Below are positions 61,469-64,000 of a DNA stretch of 64,000 bases, one piece after another. A program made the translations under genes and the position numbers. The stretch's first letter is position 1; each line of letters opens with the position of its first letter. The stretch comes from Nitrosopumilaceae archaeon. Lineage in GTDB: Archaea > Thermoproteota > Nitrososphaeria > Nitrososphaerales > Nitrosopumilaceae. Where the stretch lies: assembly GCA_052389415.1 (NCBI GenBank), contig JBQTHX010000018.1:1-64000 (forward strand), in the 5' to 3' direction. The notes under the pieces are model-generated. The model saw only the letters and a list, made by a program, of their open reading frames with translations, ran no database searches and was not told the DNA's origin.

Positions 61469-62782
61469 TCAGATTGCTTTTCTACTGTTTTGTTTCTGAT
61501 TGATTTGGCTTTTGTTTTGGTTTGGTTTGACACTCCTCACTTTCTTTGTCTTTGGTTTTGTTGTTTTTTGTTCAGGTTTTATTGAAGGTTTTGGATGTTG
61601 TGGCGGTGTGTTCTGTTTTTGTTGATGTGATTGTGGTGTATGGGATTGTGTATGTTGCATATGTGATTTTTGATTATTATTTGTTATTTGTCTCATCTTA
61701 CTCCATACAACGTTCATTCTAGCTCTGTATCCTTCGGCGTATTCTAGCTCACTTGGCACAAGTGTTGCAGGATGGAAAAATCCTTGACTCCTCATTGCAA
61801 AGGCCCTTTTTGTAGCAAGATTTCTTACATAATCCCAATCAGCAGTTGCAAATCCGTCAACAGGTCCGACAAGTATGCCATTATGCATACTAAACACAAG
61901 ACTGCTTACTATTGGTATTGCAAAGTTAATGCTTGCAGGAGAGTTTATCTTTACAGGCATTAGCGGCATGTGGTGACTGCCTCTTGTGTTTCCTGCAACA
62001 TAATGTGGATTACTAAATGCACTTCCAACTTCTTCTGTTGCAGGAAAATCTTTTTGCGTTCTTATAATGCAGATGGGATCATCTTTCCCAACATATTTTC
62101 CAGCAATGTTGTGTAATCTGTCAGTAGATGCTGCAAGTATTGGTTGATTGTCTTTTGTAAACACTGAAGAGATAACATATCTACCAGGATACATTAAAGC
62201 AGCCTCAAGCGTTGGTTTATCTTGCCATAGGTGGAGTTCTGCAGCCTTGCCTTTCTCGACGTCCATGACGTTTATCTTGACTCCTTTTGAAAGATTTTGA
62301 TTTACAATCAGACCAGTGTTACTTAGGGTATCTACAAACATTCTATAAAATGGATAATTAAATGCGCCAGGCTCTGTCTTGTCTGCAGCATAAATTGTGA
62401 ATGCTTCGTTTGGTCTCTCCTCAAATTGCATCTCGGCAACACCTGGACCCATTCCTTTCACGTTTCCGGAAAATGAATCTTTTAACAAATCCTGTCCTGC
62501 TCCATAAAGTCCTTCATTTTTTGCAACTCGTGTTGCTGCTTCAAACGCGTTCCATGCAATCTGGTGAACATCATGATTATCAGTTCCTTTTGTGTGGGTC
62601 ATAACAATGTGAATATCATCGCCACAATACCCAATGTATGAATCAATTAAGAGTCCCTTTCCATCTTTTCTAACTTGTGGTCTTATCACATTTCTTACCG
62701 CATTTAACAAACCATCGCTAGGTCTTGTGTGTCCACCAATTCCACCAACATCAGCTTTGATAACTGTGACAGTAATTCTCAA
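61469..62782 (-). CDS. fbp: Fructose-1,6-bisphosphate aldolase/phosphatase with low-complexity C-terminal tail
   Basis: KADVG..GGH, GDD, YGAGQDLL, DKTEPGA, YVGKDDP. Confidence 0.95.
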   Translation of the reverse strand: MRITVTVIKADVGGIGGHTRPSDGLLNAVRNVIRPQVRKDGKGLLIDSYIGYCGDDIHIVMTHTKGTDNHDVHQIAWNAFEAATRVAKNEGLYGAGQDLLKDSFSGNVKGMGPGVAEMQFEERPNEAFTIYAADKTEPGAFNYPFYRMFVDTLSNTGLIVNQNLSKGVKINVMDVEKGKAAELHLWQDKPTLEAALMYPGRYVISSVFTKDNQPILAASTDRLHNIAGKYVGKDDPICIIRTQKDFPATEEVGSAFSNPHYVAGNTRGSHHMPLMPVKINSPASINFAIPIVSSLVFSMHNGILVGPVDGFATADWDYVRNLATKRAFAMRSQGFFHPATLVPSELEYAEGYRARMNVVWSKMRQITNNNQKSHMQHTQSHTPQSHQQKQNTPPQHPKPSIKPEQKTTKPKTKKVRSVKPNQNKSQINQKQNSRKAI

Positions 62783-62927
62783 TATTTTTAGTCATAAAAT
62801 ACTTTGATTTATAGTATGTGAAAAATAATTGAGGTCAAACAATAGATCACCAAATTATTCAAAATTTGTTGCAAAGAATCCCAAAAAATCGAAATGGTAA
62901 TAAAGCCCTTGCTGATGAGGATTCGTT

Positions 62928-64000
62928 ATGAGCGCTAGCAAAAAGCCACACCTGAACATGATTGTTACAGGTCACATCGATAACGGTAAATCCACTACGA
63001 TGGGTCACCTCTTGATGGATCTTGGACTTGTTGATGAAAGAACTATTGCAGCACATGCTGCAGAATCTGAAAAAACAGGAAAGGGAGACACCTTCAAGTA
63101 TGCTTGGGTTATGGACAACATTAAAGACGAAAGAGAACGTGGTATTACAATAGATCTGGCGTTTCAGAAATTTGAGAGTGCAAAATATTTCTTTACATTA
63201 ATTGACGCTCCTGGACACAGGGACTTTATCAAAAACATGATTACTGGAGCATCAGAGGCTGATTGTGCAGTTCTTGTTCTGTCTGCCAAAGAAGGTGAGA
63301 CAGATACTGCCGTGGCACCAGGAGGCCAAGCAAGAGAACATGCATTCCTTTTGAGAACCCTAGGTGTAGGGCAGCTAATAGTTGCAATTAACAAGATGGA
63401 TGATAGCAATTATTCTGAACAAGCGTTTAAGGTGGCAAAAGACAAAGCTGAAAAATTAATCAAATCAGTTGGATACAAACTGGAAACGGTTCCAATTATT
63501 CCCGTTTCTGGATGGAAAGGTGATAACCTTGTTAAAAAGTCTCCAAACATGGCTTGGTGGACAGGCAAGACTCTACTTGAAGCATTTGATGATTTCAAAC
63601 TTCCAGAAAAACCAACAGGCAAACCACTCAGAATCCCAATCCAAGATGTTTATACTATTACTGGTGTAGGCACCGTCCCAGTAGGCAGAGTTGAAACTGG
63701 AGTTGTAAAGGCAGGACAAAAAATTGTTGTCATGCCAGCAGGAGTACCAGGAGAAATCAAAACAATAGAAACTCATCATACACAAATGGAATCTGCTGAA
63801 GCAGGTGACAACATTGGATTCAACCTTAGAGGTGTAGATAAAAAAGATATCAAAAGAGGAGATGTAATTGGAACCCCAGACAGTCCTCCAAATGTTGCCA
63901 AGGAATTCAGAGCTCAAATTATTGTAATTCATCATCCGACTGCAATAGCACCAGGTTATACACCTGTGATGCATGCACATACAGCACAAGTTGCAGCTAC
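62928..64000 (+). CDS. tuf: Translation elongation factor EF-1alpha (3'-truncated by window; absent from ORF track)
   Basis: ATG at 62928: [24 protein letters not shown]...ERERGITID...DAPGHRDF...NKMD. Confidence 0.97.
   Translation, partial: MSASKKPHLNMIVTGHIDNGKSTTMGHLLMDLGLVDERTIAAHAAESEKTGKGDTFKYAWVMDNIKDERERGITIDLAFQKFESAKYFFTLIDAPGHRDFIKNMITGASEADCAVLVLSAKEGETDTAVAPGGQAREHAFLLRTLGVGQLIVAINKMDDSNYSEQAFKVAKDKAEKLIKSVGYKLETVPIIPVSGWKGDNLVKKSPNMAWWTGKTLLEAFDDFKLPEKPTGKPLRIPIQDVYTITGVGTVPVGRVETGVVKAGQKIVVMPAGVPGEIKTIETHHTQMESAEAGDNIGFNLRGVDKKDIKRGDVIGTPDSPPNVAKEFRAQIIVIHHPTAIAPGYTPVMHAHTAQVAA

Noticed and set aside
10087-63989. Numerous 60-217-aa antisense or overlapping ORFs in the track (e.g. 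10087-10668, 36299-36787, 45708-46361, 63164-63989)
   Set aside because: Shadows of well-supported genes on the opposite strand or in another frame, with no motifs of their own.

Overview
AT-rich archaeal chromosomal segment, most consistent with an ammonia-oxidising Nitrososphaerota (Thaumarchaeota) genome. The evidence is a PEFG-CTERM protein, proteasome beta subunit, Rpo6, S25e, Alba, EF-1alpha, archaeal FBP aldolase/phosphatase and a methylmalonyl-CoA mutase/epimerase cluster. Two accessory regions stand out. (1) About 1-9.4 kb: the end of an Ig-repeat surface protein followed by a Pel/galactosaminogalactan-like exopolysaccharide cluster (LpxD-like acyltransferase, GH135 spherulin-4, C4-epimerase, TPR-like protein, PelF-like GT4, PelG-like membrane protein, PIG-L deacetylase). 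(2) An 11.7-kb integrative element (20982-32683) bounded by a perfect 13-bp direct repeat that is the first 13 nt of endA, so it splits the lig-DUF47-endA gene run. The element carries a tyrosine integrase and a non-coding array of three homologous ~160-185-bp units, each a 22-bp palindrome plus direct repeats at identical 18/21/23-bp spacing but with a unit-specific heptamer. It also carries an endonuclease IV paralog with systematically substituted metal ligands between two 26-bp symmetric sites, a Lamassu/ABC-three-component defence system with a frameshifted effector, and a P-loop protein/ABC exporter/M14 peptidase trio. The rest is housekeeping. No rRNA, tRNA or CRISPR array was seen. All family assignments come from motif recognition, not database searches.
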